25,611 nucleotides of DNA. Source: Micrococcales bacterium. GTDB taxonomy: Bacteria; Actinomycetota; Actinomycetes; Actinomycetales; Dermatophilaceae. The translations under genes were made by a program, and so were the position numbers. The stretch is taken from assembly GCA_031406655.1 (NCBI GenBank), contig JANOHS010000581.1:1-25611 (forward strand). Direction: 5' to 3'. Every line of letters begins with the position of its first letter. Within the stretch, counting starts at the first letter, position 1. Under the pieces are notes generated by a model, which saw only the letters and a list, made by a program, of their open reading frames with translations, was not told where the DNA came from and did no database searches. Positions 14,724-24,694 of the stretch are shown here, in pieces.

Positions 14724-15286
14724 CCGATCACCAGCATTCACAAGGGGTCCCGCCCAAGGCCCGCGGAATCATACCCGGACTACTCAAAGGAATGGCCACC
14801 ACTGCCAGGACGCTGGCCACGCCGACCCACACGGCTGAGTACCCCAACGTCAAGCCGCACCTTCCACCGCGCACGCGGGGCGTCATCGCGCTGCTCGAGG
14901 AGAACTGCACGAGCTGCATGTTGTGCGCTCGCGAGTGCCCTGACTGGTGCATCTACATCGACTCCCACAAGGAGACTCTCCCGGCAACGACCGAGGGCGG
15001 ACGGGAGCGCCAGCGCAACGTGCTCGACCGGTTCGCGATCGACTTCTCGTTGTGCATGTACTGCGGTATCTGCGTCGAGGTCTGCCCGTTCGACGCCCTG
15101 CACTGGAGTCCTGAGTTCGAGTACGCCGAGTTCGACATCGTGGACCTGGTGCACGAGAAGACCCGGCTCGGGCAGTGGATGCAGACCGTGCCACCGCCTC
15201 CCGCGCTCGACCCGAGCTCGGCGGAGCCTCAAGAGATCGCAGCGGCGAACAAGCCTGTGCGAACAGCCCCAACGGGGAGCGAATGA
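14720..15286 (+). CDS. nuoI: NADH-quinone oxidoreductase subunit I (2x[4Fe-4S])
   Basis: ATGA overlap; [12 protein letters not shown] and [12 protein letters not shown] ferredoxin motifs. Confidence 0.95.
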   Translation: MTDHQHSQGVPPKARGIIPGLLKGMATTARTLATPTHTAEYPNVKPHLPPRTRGVIALLEENCTSCMLCARECPDWCIYIDSHKETLPATTEGGRERQRNVLDRFAIDFSLCMYCGICVEVCPFDALHWSPEFEYAEFDIVDLVHEKTRLGQWMQTVPPPPALDPSSAEPQEIAAANKPVRTAPTGSE

Positions 15287-15804
15287 CAAGCCTGGACGTC
15301 CTATTCGGTGCTGTTGGACTGATCACGGCAGCGAGCGCGGTTCTTGCCGTCACCACCCACCATCTGGTGCACGCCGCGCTCTGGCTCGTCGTCGCCCTCG
15401 GCACGCTGGCCGGCTGCTATCTCGTTCTGGGTGCTGAGCTGGTGGCCCTGGTACAGCTCCTCATCTATGTCGGCGCCGTTGTGGTGCTCGTGCTCTTCGC
15501 GCTCATGCTGACGCGTGCGCCCATGGGCAGCAGTCCTGAGCACAGCTCGAGCGCAGCCCAGCGCATCGCGGCCGCCGTGGTTGGGGCCGGGACCACAGCA
15601 CTGCTGGCCTCGGTTCTGCTGCCAGCTCTTGGCGGAGACCTTCTGTCGGTCAAGACCGCTGACACGCAAGGGATTGCCACCCAGCTCTTCGGTTCGTGGG
15701 TCTGGCCGTTCGAGCTGCTCTCTCTGTTGCTGCTCGTGGCGCTGATCGCCGCGCTTGCCATCTCCCGGATGCCGGCCGCGACCAGCGAGCGGGAGTCCGC
15801 ATGA
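15283..15804 (+). CDS. nuoJ: NADH-quinone oxidoreductase subunit J
   Basis: ATGA overlap; hydrophobic; [19 protein letters not shown] and [14 protein letters not shown] motifs. Confidence 0.92.
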   Translation: MTSLDVLFGAVGLITAASAVLAVTTHHLVHAALWLVVALGTLAGCYLVLGAELVALVQLLIYVGAVVVLVLFALMLTRAPMGSSPEHSSSAAQRIAAAVVGAGTTALLASVLLPALGGDLLSVKTADTQGIATQLFGSWVWPFELLSLLLLVALIAALAISRMPAATSERESA

Positions 15805-16100
15805 TCCACATGTGGCTTCCGCTCATGCTTGTCTGCGTCCTCGCCGGCGTAGGGGCCTATGGGGTGATCGCCCGTCGCAACGCCGTGCTGGTCCTGATCG
15901 GGGTGGAGCTGATCCTCAACTCCGCAAACCTGCTGTTCGTCACGATGGGCTCGGTGCGGGGCGACGCGCTACGTACCGGCCACGTCCTGACCCTCTTTCT
16001 CATCACCATCGCCGCCGCCGAGATCGGAGTCGCGCTGGCCGTGGTTCTGGCACTGTTCCGCGACCGTGGCCACATCGACCTAAGTGAGCCCGGCGCATGA
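15801..16100 (+). CDS. nuoK: NADH-quinone oxidoreductase subunit K
   Basis: ATGA overlap, 99 aa; RRNAVLVLIGVELILN and IAAAEIGVALA motifs with both conserved Glu residues. Confidence 0.92.
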   Translation: MIHMWLPLMLVCVLAGVGAYGVIARRNAVLVLIGVELILNSANLLFVTMGSVRGDALRTGHVLTLFLITIAAAEIGVALAVVLALFRDRGHIDLSEPGA

Positions 16101-18094
16101 GCGATCTCCTGTCCCAGGCGGCCCGGTTGGTCGTTCTGGTCCCCTTCCTTGCGGCGCTGGTCGGTCTGTCGGTGGCTCGCCGCCGGCTCGCCAGCGCAGT
16201 CGTCGCTGGCACCGGCGCAGTGGTGACCTTGCTCGCCGGCTCCTACGTGCTCTATGGCGTCCACCAGGGCCCGTTCACCGCAGAGGTCTCCACCATCGGA
16301 GCCCTCCCGCTGGGCCGGCTGCAGATGCCGTTGAACCTGCTGCTGGACGACCTCAGTGCGATCGTGGTCTTCGCCGTGGCCATCGTCGGACTGGCGATCC
16401 AGATCTTCACCAAGTGGTACCTGCATGACGACGACCGCTATGGCGCCTTCACGGCCTCGGTCTCGCTGTTCCTCGCCGGAATGTTCCTGGTGGTCCTGTC
16501 CGGAGACCTCATCCTCACCCTCGTGGGCTGGGAGGTCATGGGCTGGTGCTCCTACCTGCTGATCGGTCACAACAGCCGGCGCGAGTCCGCGAGCCGGGCT
16601 GCCACCAAGGCGTTCCTGGTCACCCGGACGGCCGACCTCGCCTTCGTCATCGGGCTGATCATCCTGGCCACCGGCGCCGAGACGACATCCATCCCGGATC
16701 TGATCACGTCCTGGTCCGCCCTGCCCGGTGCGACCCTGACAGCCGCGTTCATCTGCCTGCTCAGCGGCATCGCCGGTAAGTCCGCCCAGTTCCCGTTCCA
16801 CGACTGGCTGCCGGACGCGATGGAGGGCCCGACACCGGCCTCGGCGCTCATTCACGCGGCGACGATGGTCGCGGCCGGAACCTTCGTCCTGGCACGGCTC
16901 TTCCCGATCTTCGTCCTTGCGGAACCGGCACGACTGCTGCTCGCGGTGATCACGGCCATCACGATGATCGGCTCAGCGATCATCGCCTTCGGTCAGTCCG
17001 ACATCAAACGTCTGCTCGCTTACTCGACCATCAGCCAGATCGCGATCATGCTCTCCGCCCTCGCCATCGCGCCGGTGTCCACCGGAGCCGGGCCTGCGGT
17101 GCTGTACCTGCTGTCGCACGCGATGTTCAAGGCCTTGCTGTTCCTCGCGATCGGTTGGCTCAGCGTGCTGGTCGCCGGCACCGCCGCCGTGAAGATGTCC
17201 GGTGGCGTGCGCCATCACCCGCAGCTGAAGGCTCCGATCGCCATCGGCCTCCTGTCGCTCGCCGGAGTCCCCCCTCTGGTCGGGTTCGTGGCCAAGGAGT
17301 TCGTTCTGGGAGCTGCCCATGACAACACGTCCGAGACCGGTTCGGCCGCCGGGTGGATCGTCCTGGTGGCGGTGGGGCTCAGCGTCGTCCTGACCGCTGC
17401 GTACTGCACCCGTGCCTGGCTGGTCCTCACCCACCGCAGCGCTGAGGAGGAGGTCGTCCACCAGGAGACGCTCCGCAGCTCGGCGGAGACCGAGGACGTC
17501 AGTCTCCAGAAGATGCTGACCGAGCCGGCGTCAGAGGTTGAGATCACCCCGGGCGCCGAAAGTGGGTCGGACCCGACCATCGTCGGCGACCCCGTCGAAC
17601 CAGATCATGGCCATGCTGACATCCATACCAGTGCCCGTCTGTCGATCTGGCTCCTCGCCTTCCTATCCGTCGTCGGAGGACTGATCATCTTCACCCCACT
17701 GGTCCCGGTCGAGCCACACATCACCTGGTGGCTGGCAATAGGCTCCGTGCTCCTGATCCTCGCGAGCGGGTTCGCGGTCCGGTCCATGGCAGCGGTCCCT
17801 TCGAGCGGTGATGCGGCCGAACGCCTTGGCGCCGAGCGAATGTCATTGTTCGACAGGGGCCTTGGCGCGGACGGCGTCTATGTCGCCGTGGCGTCCCGGG
17901 TCGTGCAGCTGGCCCGCGTGGTTGTGGTGGCGGACCGCGAGGTCATTGACGCCTACGTGCGCGGGACCGTGGTGGCAACGCGCTGGGTCGGCATCGCCGG
18001 CGAGCGGACCCACACGCGCAAGCCGTCCTCGTACCTTGTGTGGTTGCTGTTCGGACTGCTGGCAGTCGGCTTCACGGGGGTGACGTTGTGGTGA
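16097..18094 (+). CDS. nuoL: NADH-quinone oxidoreductase subunit L (antiporter-like)
   Basis: 665 aa; GWEVMG..SYLLIG, KSAQFPFHDWLPDAMEGPTPASALIHAATMV, DIKRLLAYSTISQ and HAMFKALLFL motifs. Confidence 0.95.
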   Translation: MSDLLSQAARLVVLVPFLAALVGLSVARRRLASAVVAGTGAVVTLLAGSYVLYGVHQGPFTAEVSTIGALPLGRLQMPLNLLLDDLSAIVVFAVAIVGLAIQIFTKWYLHDDDRYGAFTASVSLFLAGMFLVVLSGDLILTLVGWEVMGWCSYLLIGHNSRRESASRAATKAFLVTRTADLAFVIGLIILATGAETTSIPDLITSWSALPGATLTAAFICLLSGIAGKSAQFPFHDWLPDAMEGPTPASALIHAATMVAAGTFVLARLFPIFVLAEPARLLLAVITAITMIGSAIIAFGQSDIKRLLAYSTISQIAIMLSALAIAPVSTGAGPAVLYLLSHAMFKALLFLAIGWLSVLVAGTAAVKMSGGVRHHPQLKAPIAIGLLSLAGVPPLVGFVAKEFVLGAAHDNTSETGSAAGWIVLVAVGLSVVLTAAYCTRAWLVLTHRSAEEEVVHQETLRSSAETEDVSLQKMLTEPASEVEITPGAESGSDPTIVGDPVEPDHGHADIHTSARLSIWLLAFLSVVGGLIIFTPLVPVEPHITWWLAIGSVLLILASGFAVRSMAAVPSSGDAAERLGAERMSLFDRGLGADGVYVAVASRVVQLARVVVVADREVIDAYVRGTVVATRWVGIAGERTHTRKPSSYLVWLLFGLLAVGFTGVTLW

Positions 18095-19578
18095 TCCTGA
18101 TCGCTGCCCTGGCGATCCCGCTGCTGACAGGGACTGCCCTGATCGTCGCCGGACGCGGGTCCACGGGAGTGCGCGAGGGCAACGCCAACCTGGTCAGCCT
18201 GGTCGCCAGCGTGGCCACTGCCGCCCTCGTTCTCGCAGCGGTGATCTCACGGCCGATTGTGGACGCGCCATGGCTGCCTTCGCTCGGGGTCAGGTGGCAG
18301 TTCGAGGTCGACGGCATCAGCGCGCCCCTCTTGCTCCTGACGGCTGCGCTCAGCATCGCGGTCGTGGTTCACGCCCGATCGCACGCTCCGCACGGCGGCT
18401 CGCCCACGCTGTTCTACGGGTGCCTTCAGCTTGTCGAACTCGGAGCGCTGGCAACGTTCCTGAGCCGCGACGCCGTCATCTTCTTCCTCTCCTTCGAGAT
18501 CGTGCTCATTCCCATGTGGGTGCTGATCTCGCGGTTCGGTGACGCTCACGATCTGGTGGCGCGCGCGGACGCATCGGGCCGCTTCGTGCTCTACACCGTG
18601 CTCGGCTCCACCCTGATGCTGGTTGGCATCCTCGCCCTCGTCCAGGCTTCGGGCACGTCCAACCTGGACGCCCTTGCGGACCTTCGCGGGGCGGGGCTGG
18701 AACCGCACAGTCAGGTCGTGATCGCGGCGCTGCTGCTGGTTGGGCTGAGCATCAAGATCCCCCTGTTCCCGCTCCACACGTGGCTGCCTCCGGCACACAC
18801 CATCGCGCCGACGGCTGGCTCGGTGCTGCTGGCGGCCGTCCTGCTGAAGATGGGCACCTATGGGGTCGTGCGGCTGGTCATCGCGCCGCTGCCCCTCGGG
18901 TTCGGCACGCTGGCACCGGCGTTCGCCACCCTTGGCGTCATCGGCATCCTCTGGGGTGGCTTGGCCTGCCTGGTCGAGAACGACCTCAAGCGGCTCATCG
19001 CCTACTCGTCCGTTGCGCACATGGGTTTCGTGGTTCTGGGGCTGTCCAGCGGGACGACCGTGGGGCTGCAGGCAGCGCTGTTCGCCAACGTCGCCCACGG
19101 CGTCGTGTCCGCCCTGCTCTTCTTCCTGGTCGGCGGCCTCAAGGAACGGTGGGGATCGGCTGACCTGGCCACCGCTCGCGCCGCACTGCGTGAGGTCTCG
19201 CCTCGTCTCGGCATCGCTCTGGTCGTCGGCTTCGCCGCATCGCTCGGGCTTCCGGGTCTGGTGGGCTTCTGGGGTGAGTTCCTGGCCATGTACTCCGCGT
19301 GGTCCCCGGCGCCCGACCGACCGCAGCTCCTGATGCGGGTCCTGGCCGTGGTGGCTGTGACCGGTACCGCTGTGGCGGCCGGCTACTCGCTGAGGGTCTT
19401 GCGGCTGATCTGGTCCGGAGACCGCACCTCACCCGCCCATGCGGATGCCCGAGGCGGCGAATGGTCCGTGCTGGCAGTCCTGGTCGCGACGGTTCTGGTC
19501 CTCGGGGTCGCCCCCGGGATCGTGTTGAACTCGACCATCAAGGACGTTGCCGTTATCACTGCTGAGGTGTCCCGATGA
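18091..19578 (+). CDS. nuoM: NADH-quinone oxidoreductase subunit M
   Basis: GTGA overlap with nuoL; VDGIS, FFLSFE..LIPM, KIPLFPLHTWLP.AH, LLKMGTYG, DLKRLIAYSSVAHMG and GLPGLVGFWGEF motifs. Confidence 0.95.
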   Translation: MILIAALAIPLLTGTALIVAGRGSTGVREGNANLVSLVASVATAALVLAAVISRPIVDAPWLPSLGVRWQFEVDGISAPLLLLTAALSIAVVVHARSHAPHGGSPTLFYGCLQLVELGALATFLSRDAVIFFLSFEIVLIPMWVLISRFGDAHDLVARADASGRFVLYTVLGSTLMLVGILALVQASGTSNLDALADLRGAGLEPHSQVVIAALLLVGLSIKIPLFPLHTWLPPAHTIAPTAGSVLLAAVLLKMGTYGVVRLVIAPLPLGFGTLAPAFATLGVIGILWGGLACLVENDLKRLIAYSSVAHMGFVVLGLSSGTTVGLQAALFANVAHGVVSALLFFLVGGLKERWGSADLATARAALREVSPRLGIALVVGFAASLGLPGLVGFWGEFLAMYSAWSPAPDRPQLLMRVLAVVAVTGTAVAAGYSLRVLRLIWSGDRTSPAHADARGGEWSVLAVLVATVLVLGVAPGIVLNSTIKDVAVITAEVSR

Positions 19579-21065
19579 GCCAGGCCATGGTCACTGTGGA
19601 TGTCGGGGTGCTCCTGCCGGTGCTTGCGCCTGCCCTGGGAGCTGCCGCCATCCTCGTGGCTGACGTGGTGGCACAGCGCCTCCGTCGCGCGCACTATGTG
19701 ATCGCGCTGGTCAGCCTCCTGGTTGGCATCGTGGCCACGTTCGGCGGTCTGGGAATGGGTGCCGGAGATGCCCGCCGGTCGCTGTGTCTTCCCGACGGTG
19801 GCCAGTGCATGTATGCCGCGGACTCGGTCACCTCGGCCCTGCAGCTGGCGGCACTGCTGGCTGCAGTGGTCACCTTGCTGCTGAGCTGGCCCGACGACAG
19901 GAGACTGTCCTCTGGTGGCACCGCCGTCATGGTCAGTCTCGTGCTGACCGCTACGGCAGGAGCCGCGGCTGTTGCCGGCGCCCGCGACGTCGGGTCGTGG
20001 CTGGTCGCCCTAGAGCTCGCAACCCTCCCGACGGTCGCGCTGGTGGCTCTCCGGGGCGCTCGCTCGGCGATCTCCGGGGCGGTCACCCTGCTGACCACCT
20101 CCTTGGTCTCCTTCGGCCTGCTGGCACTCGCGGCGGCCCTCTGGTTCACGGCCACCTCGAGTGGGTTCCTCACTCCCGCAGCCGCGCTCACGGTGGTCGA
20201 TGATCCGGCCCTACGCTCGATCCTTGTGCTGTCCGTCGTCCTCTTCGTCGCCGGAGTCGGCTTCAAGCTCTCGCTGGTGCCGTTCCATGCGTGGACCCCC
20301 GAGGCCTACGACGGAGCCCCGCTGCCGATCGCGGCCTTCCTGGCCGGCGTCTCCAAGATCGCTGCGCTGGCCGCCCTGGTGGTCGTGATCCGCGCGGTCG
20401 CGCCGCTGGGCGCCCCAGCCCTGACCTCCATCGCCCTCGTGACGGCGGCGAGCATGACCCTGGGCAACATCATGGCGCTGCGACAGGACGGCGTCGTCCG
20501 GCTGCTGGCATGGTCGACGGTGGCACAGGCGGGCTGGGTGGTCATGCCCCTGGCGACGGTCTCCACCGCCGCCGTGCGCGCCTCCGCCGCATACCTGTTG
20601 GCGTACGTCCTCGCAACCCTGCTGATCTTCGCCGTGGTCGCCTCCCTGGTCCAGACCAGGGGAGCGGAGCGCGCGCGCGACCTCGCGTCCTACAAGGGCC
20701 TCCTGCGAGACCATCCTGTTCTGAGTGCGGCCCTGGCGCTGGGCCTGATGTCGCTGGCCGGGCTGCCGCCGGGCATCCTCGGTCTCGTGGCCAAGGTCAC
20801 CGCGCTGCGACCAGTCGTGGCCGGCGAGCTCTGGCTGCTGGCCGTCGTGGCCGCGGTGAACGCCGTCCTGGGCGTCGCCGTCTACGTGCGCTGGCTCCGT
20901 GCTGTCCTTGCCACACCGGACGAGCGGCCAGACACCATTGCGCCAGCGGCTTCCCGCTCCCTTCGGGCGCACCCGGCCACGCTGGTCGCCATCGGTTTCG
21001 CCGCTGTGGCACTGGTGTTGACCAGCCTGAGCCCGCAGCTGATCTTGGGGCTGATGGGCTCCTGA
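19575..21065 (+). CDS. nuoN: NADH-quinone oxidoreductase subunit N
   Basis: ATGA overlap; VALELAT, FKLSLVPFHAWTPEAYDGAP, LGNIMALRQ...RLLAWST and SLAGLPP motifs. Confidence 0.93.
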   Translation: MSQAMVTVDVGVLLPVLAPALGAAAILVADVVAQRLRRAHYVIALVSLLVGIVATFGGLGMGAGDARRSLCLPDGGQCMYAADSVTSALQLAALLAAVVTLLLSWPDDRRLSSGGTAVMVSLVLTATAGAAAVAGARDVGSWLVALELATLPTVALVALRGARSAISGAVTLLTTSLVSFGLLALAAALWFTATSSGFLTPAAALTVVDDPALRSILVLSVVLFVAGVGFKLSLVPFHAWTPEAYDGAPLPIAAFLAGVSKIAALAALVVVIRAVAPLGAPALTSIALVTAASMTLGNIMALRQDGVVRLLAWSTVAQAGWVVMPLATVSTAAVRASAAYLLAYVLATLLIFAVVASLVQTRGAERARDLASYKGLLRDHPVLSAALALGLMSLAGLPPGILGLVAKVTALRPVVAGELWLLAVVAAVNAVLGVAVYVRWLRAVLATPDERPDTIAPAASRSLRAHPATLVAIGFAAVALVLTSLSPQLILGLMGS

Positions 21066-21113
21066 CCGTGCGCTGACGGTGGCGCCTGGGGCTCTCAACC
21101 GGGCACTCCTTGC

Positions 21114-21140
21114 GGAACACCGGGTCGGGTAGCCGCGTTG
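21114..21140 (+). promoter_or_regulatory. ECF sigma (SigE/SigH/SigR-type) promoter upstream of htpX
   Basis: GGAAC (21114-21118) - 18 nt - GTT (21137-21139, in CGTTG) matches the established actinobacterial GGAA(C/T)-N18-GTT consensus; it ends 9 nt before the htpX ATG. Confidence 0.65.
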
Positions 21141-21148
21141 GGAAGAGT

Positions 21149-22024
21149 ATGCACAACCATTACAACGGGCTGAAGACCACACTTCTCCTCAGCGGCATCT
21201 TCGGCCTCCTGCTCGCGATCGGCGCTCTGGTCAGCAGCGGCCGGTACATCTGGGTCTTTGCCCTGTTCGGGGTGGCCATGACGGCCTATGGCTACTGGAA
21301 CAGCGACAAGATCGCGATCAAGGCGATGCGCGCCCGGCCCGTCAGCGAGACCGAGGCTCCGGCGATGTACCGAATCGTGCGCGAGCTCTCCACCGCCGCC
21401 AACAAGCCCATGCCCCGCTTGTTCATCTCCCCCACCGAAGCGCCGAATGCCTTTGCCACCGGCCGCAACCCGGCCAATGCGGCGGTCTGCTGCACTGAAG
21501 GGATCCTGCAGCTGCTCGATGAACGCGAGCTGCGCGGGGTCCTGGGGCACGAGCTCATGCACGTGTACAACCGCGACATCCTGACCTCTTCGGTGGCCGC
21601 AGCCATCGCCGGGGTCATCACCAGCGTCGCCCAGATGTTCATGTTCATGGGACTGTTCGGCGGCGGCAACAACGACGACAACCGGTCCAACCCGTTCGGC
21701 ATGCTGCTCATGGCTTTCCTGGCCCCGCTCGCCGCCACGACCATCCAGCTGGCCATCACCCGCACGCGTGAGTATGACGCCGACGAGGACGGTGCCAGGC
21801 TCACCGGCGACCCGCTGGCACTGGCCTCCGCCCTGCGCAAGCTCGAGAGGGGAACGGCCGCCGCGCCCCTGGCCCCCCAACGTGACCTGGTCAACGCGAG
21901 CCACATGATGATCGCCAACCCATTCCGCCAGCAGGACGTCTCGCGGCTGTTCGCGACCCACCCGCCCATGGCCGAGCGGATCGCCCGCCTGGAGACGATG
22001 GCCACGGGGTACCGCGGCTACTGA
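21149..22024 (+). CDS. htpX: Zinc metalloprotease HtpX (M48B)
   Basis: Start ATG 21149, 291 aa; [23 protein letters not shown] (HEXXH), [14 protein letters not shown] and ATHPP..ERI motifs. Confidence 0.95.
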   Translation: MHNHYNGLKTTLLLSGIFGLLLAIGALVSSGRYIWVFALFGVAMTAYGYWNSDKIAIKAMRARPVSETEAPAMYRIVRELSTAANKPMPRLFISPTEAPNAFATGRNPANAAVCCTEGILQLLDERELRGVLGHELMHVYNRDILTSSVAAAIAGVITSVAQMFMFMGLFGGGNNDDNRSNPFGMLLMAFLAPLAATTIQLAITRTREYDADEDGARLTGDPLALASALRKLERGTAAAPLAPQRDLVNASHMMIANPFRQQDVSRLFATHPPMAERIARLETMATGYRGY

Positions 22025-22079
22025 CCGCGGCTGCTGACCTCACCGACCGGCGCCGGTGGCGTCTGGAAGAGTGGCCGAC

Positions 22080-24572
22080 ATGGCCAACCTGACCCGCGTG
22101 GAAGCCGAGGCCCGATCCGCGCTCATCGACGTCACCGGATACCACCTCGAGCTCGATCTCGACCGGGGGGACGCGACCTTCGAGTCCTCCAGCATCGTGC
22201 GATTCCGATGCGTCGAACCGGGCGCGTCGACGTTCCTCGACGTCAAACCCCAGCAGCTTCACCGCGTCTCGCTCAACGGCGTGGAGGTCGATCTCAGCGA
22301 CTTCGATGGGGAGAGGATCGCGCTGACCGGCCTCGTCGCCGAGAACGAGGTCGTGGTGACGGCGACGATGCGGTACAGCAACGACGGTCAGGGCCTGCAC
22401 CGCGCGGTCGACCCCGCGGATGACCGGCACTACGTCTACGGGCACTCTTTCCTGGATGCCGCGCCGCGAGTGTTCGGGTGTTTCGACCAGCCGGACCTCA
22501 AGGCTCCGTATGACGTCCTGGTCAGCGCCCCGGCCGACTGGGTCGTCCTCGGCAACGGTGCCGCCACGCGTACCGGCGAGGGAAGCTGGACGCTGGCGAG
22601 GACGAAGCCCTTGGCCACCTACTTCTTCACCGTCTGCGCCGGCCCGTATGTGTCAGTCCTGGCAGAGCACGACGGTATCCCGTTGGGCATCCACGCACGG
22701 GCCTCGTTGCGCGAACCGTTGGAACGCCAGGCCGAGCAGATGCTCGACATCACCCGGGCGTCCTTCGACTACTACCACTCGTTGTTCGGCATCCGTTACC
22801 CGTTCGGGGAGTACCACCAGATCTTCGTCCCCGAGTTCAACGCCGGCGCCATGGAGAACCCCGGCTGCGTGACCTTCCGCGACCAGTACGTGTTCCGCGG
22901 GGCCTCGACCCACGACGAGGTGCTGACCCGGTCGAGCACCATCACGCACGAGATGGCACACATGTGGTTCGGCGACCTGGTGACCATGCAGTGGTGGGAC
23001 GACCTGTGGCTGAACGAGTCCTTCGCCGAGTACATGTCGCACCGAACCCTTTATGAGGCAACGGAGTTCACCGATGCCTGGGTCGATGCATCCATGGCCC
23101 GCAAGCCATGGGGGTATGCCGCCGAGCGGATGCCGTCAACCCATCCCGTCGCGGGTTCGCCCGCGCCGGACGCCCAGTCGGCTCTGCACAACTTCGATGG
23201 CATCTCCTACGCCAAGGGTTCTGCCACCCTGCTTCAGCTGATCACCCACATCGGCGATGTCGCCTTCATCGCCGGGGTGACGGACTACCTGCACTCACAC
23301 GCCTACGGCAACGCCGCGCTCGTGGACTTCCTGGCGGCGATGGAGCGGGCCAGTGGCAAGGACCTGCAGGACTGGGCCAATGGCTGGCTGCGTACCGCGG
23401 GCCTCGACGCGATCTCGGTGGACATAGCCTCGGTCGACGGCCTGGTCACCTCGGCGAAGGTCCACAGGGTCCCGCCTGCCGCCCATCCTGCCGATCGCCC
23501 GCACACCTTCGATGTCGCCGGATTCACCGACGGCACAGAGGTATTCCGGGTGGTCACCACCGTGGACCGCGACGAGAGCGCCCTGCCCGAGCTCGACGGC
23601 ATACGGGTGCCCGGCCTGGTCATCCCCAACGCGGGGGACCTCACCTGGGCCAACATCAAGCTTGACCCGGACACGATCGCTGCCGCTGCGGCCCAGCTGT
23701 TGGCCGTGCCGCAGGCCCAGGCCAGGGCGGTGCTCTGGACCGCGCTGATCGACGGGGTGGCGCTGACCGAGATCGACCCGCGGCACCTGCTCACGGTCCT
23801 GGCGACGTCATGGGCGGGGGAGAGCAACCAGTCGATCGTCAACCGGGTGGGGCTGCAGGTGTCCGAGCGGATCATTCCGGCGTTCCTCCCTGAGTCTGAG
23901 CAGAGCAGCGCCTACGCGGTGATGGCCAAGGCTGCACAGTCGATGCTGGCCCAGGCAGAGCCGGGCTCGTCACGGGCGTTGGTTGCTGCGCGGTACGTGG
24001 CGACCACCTCGGCGGACGAGAACCTGCTCGAGCAGTGGGCTGCGGGTGAGGCGCTGCCCGAGGGCCTGGGCGGGGACTCGGACTTCCGTTGGGTAGTGCT
24101 TGGCAACCTGGCGAGACGCGGCGCCATCGGACCGGCCGAGATAGACGCCGCACTTGATCTGGATCACACCATGCACGGAAACCTGAAAGCCTTGCAGGCC
24201 AAGGCTTCCGCCCCCGACGCCGTGGCCAAGGTCTGGGCCTGGGGGCAGATCACGGGGGATCACGGGCGGTCCAACTATGAGCTCAACGCGCTGGCCACGG
24301 GATTCTGGCACGCCAGCGACCAGGATGTTCTGCGGCCGTATGTCGCGCGCTACTTCAGCGACGTGCCGGCTCTGTCACCCCGAGTCGGCGAGGACGCGCT
24401 GGCCAGGATCGCGGCGTTGGCCTATCCGGGCCACGTGGTGGAGGAGTCCACCGCGGAGCAGTCCGCGGCGGCGCTGACCCGCAGCGACCCGACGGCCGCG
24501 GTGCGCCGGGCCATCGTGGACGCCGACTCCCAGCTGCGTGAGGCCCTGGCGTCGCGCGCTGCCTTCGGGTGA
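22080..24572 (+). CDS. pepN: Aminopeptidase N (M1 family zinc aminopeptidase)
   Basis: Start ATG 22080, 830 aa; FDQPDLKA, GAMEN, HEMAHMWFGDLVTM.WWDDLWLNE (HEXXH-x18-E) and FDGISYAKG motifs. Confidence 0.95.
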   Translation: MANLTRVEAEARSALIDVTGYHLELDLDRGDATFESSSIVRFRCVEPGASTFLDVKPQQLHRVSLNGVEVDLSDFDGERIALTGLVAENEVVVTATMRYSNDGQGLHRAVDPADDRHYVYGHSFLDAAPRVFGCFDQPDLKAPYDVLVSAPADWVVLGNGAATRTGEGSWTLARTKPLATYFFTVCAGPYVSVLAEHDGIPLGIHARASLREPLERQAEQMLDITRASFDYYHSLFGIRYPFGEYHQIFVPEFNAGAMENPGCVTFRDQYVFRGASTHDEVLTRSSTITHEMAHMWFGDLVTMQWWDDLWLNESFAEYMSHRTLYEATEFTDAWVDASMARKPWGYAAERMPSTHPVAGSPAPDAQSALHNFDGISYAKGSATLLQLITHIGDVAFIAGVTDYLHSHAYGNAALVDFLAAMERASGKDLQDWANGWLRTAGLDAISVDIASVDGLVTSAKVHRVPPAAHPADRPHTFDVAGFTDGTEVFRVVTTVDRDESALPELDGIRVPGLVIPNAGDLTWANIKLDPDTIAAAAAQLLAVPQAQARAVLWTALIDGVALTEIDPRHLLTVLATSWAGESNQSIVNRVGLQVSERIIPAFLPESEQSSAYAVMAKAAQSMLAQAEPGSSRALVAARYVATTSADENLLEQWAAGEALPEGLGGDSDFRWVVLGNLARRGAIGPAEIDAALDLDHTMHGNLKALQAKASAPDAVAKVWAWGQITGDHGRSNYELNALATGFWHASDQDVLRPYVARYFSDVPALSPRVGEDALARIAALAYPGHVVEESTAEQSAAALTRSDPTAAVRRAIVDADSQLREALASRAAFG

Positions 24573-24603
24573 CGGACACGGCATACCGGCGCTGCCCTCT
24601 CAT

Positions 24604-24676
24604 CGACCGAACACCCCGGATCGCGCGTTCGGACCCGTAAACGGGCCCGATTCGCGCGATCCGCGGTGTTCGGTCG
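24604..24676. terminator. Long (about 33 bp) imperfect hairpin between convergent pepN and yajQ, probable bidirectional terminator or REP-like element
   Basis: CGACCGAACACC.CGGATCGCGCG..TCGG.CCCG / TAAA loop / CGGG.CCGA..CGCGCGATCCG.GGTGTTCGGTCG, paired by hand with three mismatches and one bulge. Confidence 0.7.
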
Positions 24677-24694
24677 GGCTGTCGGGGTGCGGGC

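Noticed and set aside
22046-22057. Palindrome ACCGGCGCCGGT between htpX and pepN
   Set aside because: Short, GC-only core, expected by chance at this composition, and it has no loop or U-tract.
13434-24153. Many minus-strand ORFs across the nuo, htpX and pepN genes (e.g. 13434-14741, 15857-16855, 21095-21961)
   Set aside because: Antisense or alternative-frame artefacts of high-GC coding DNA.
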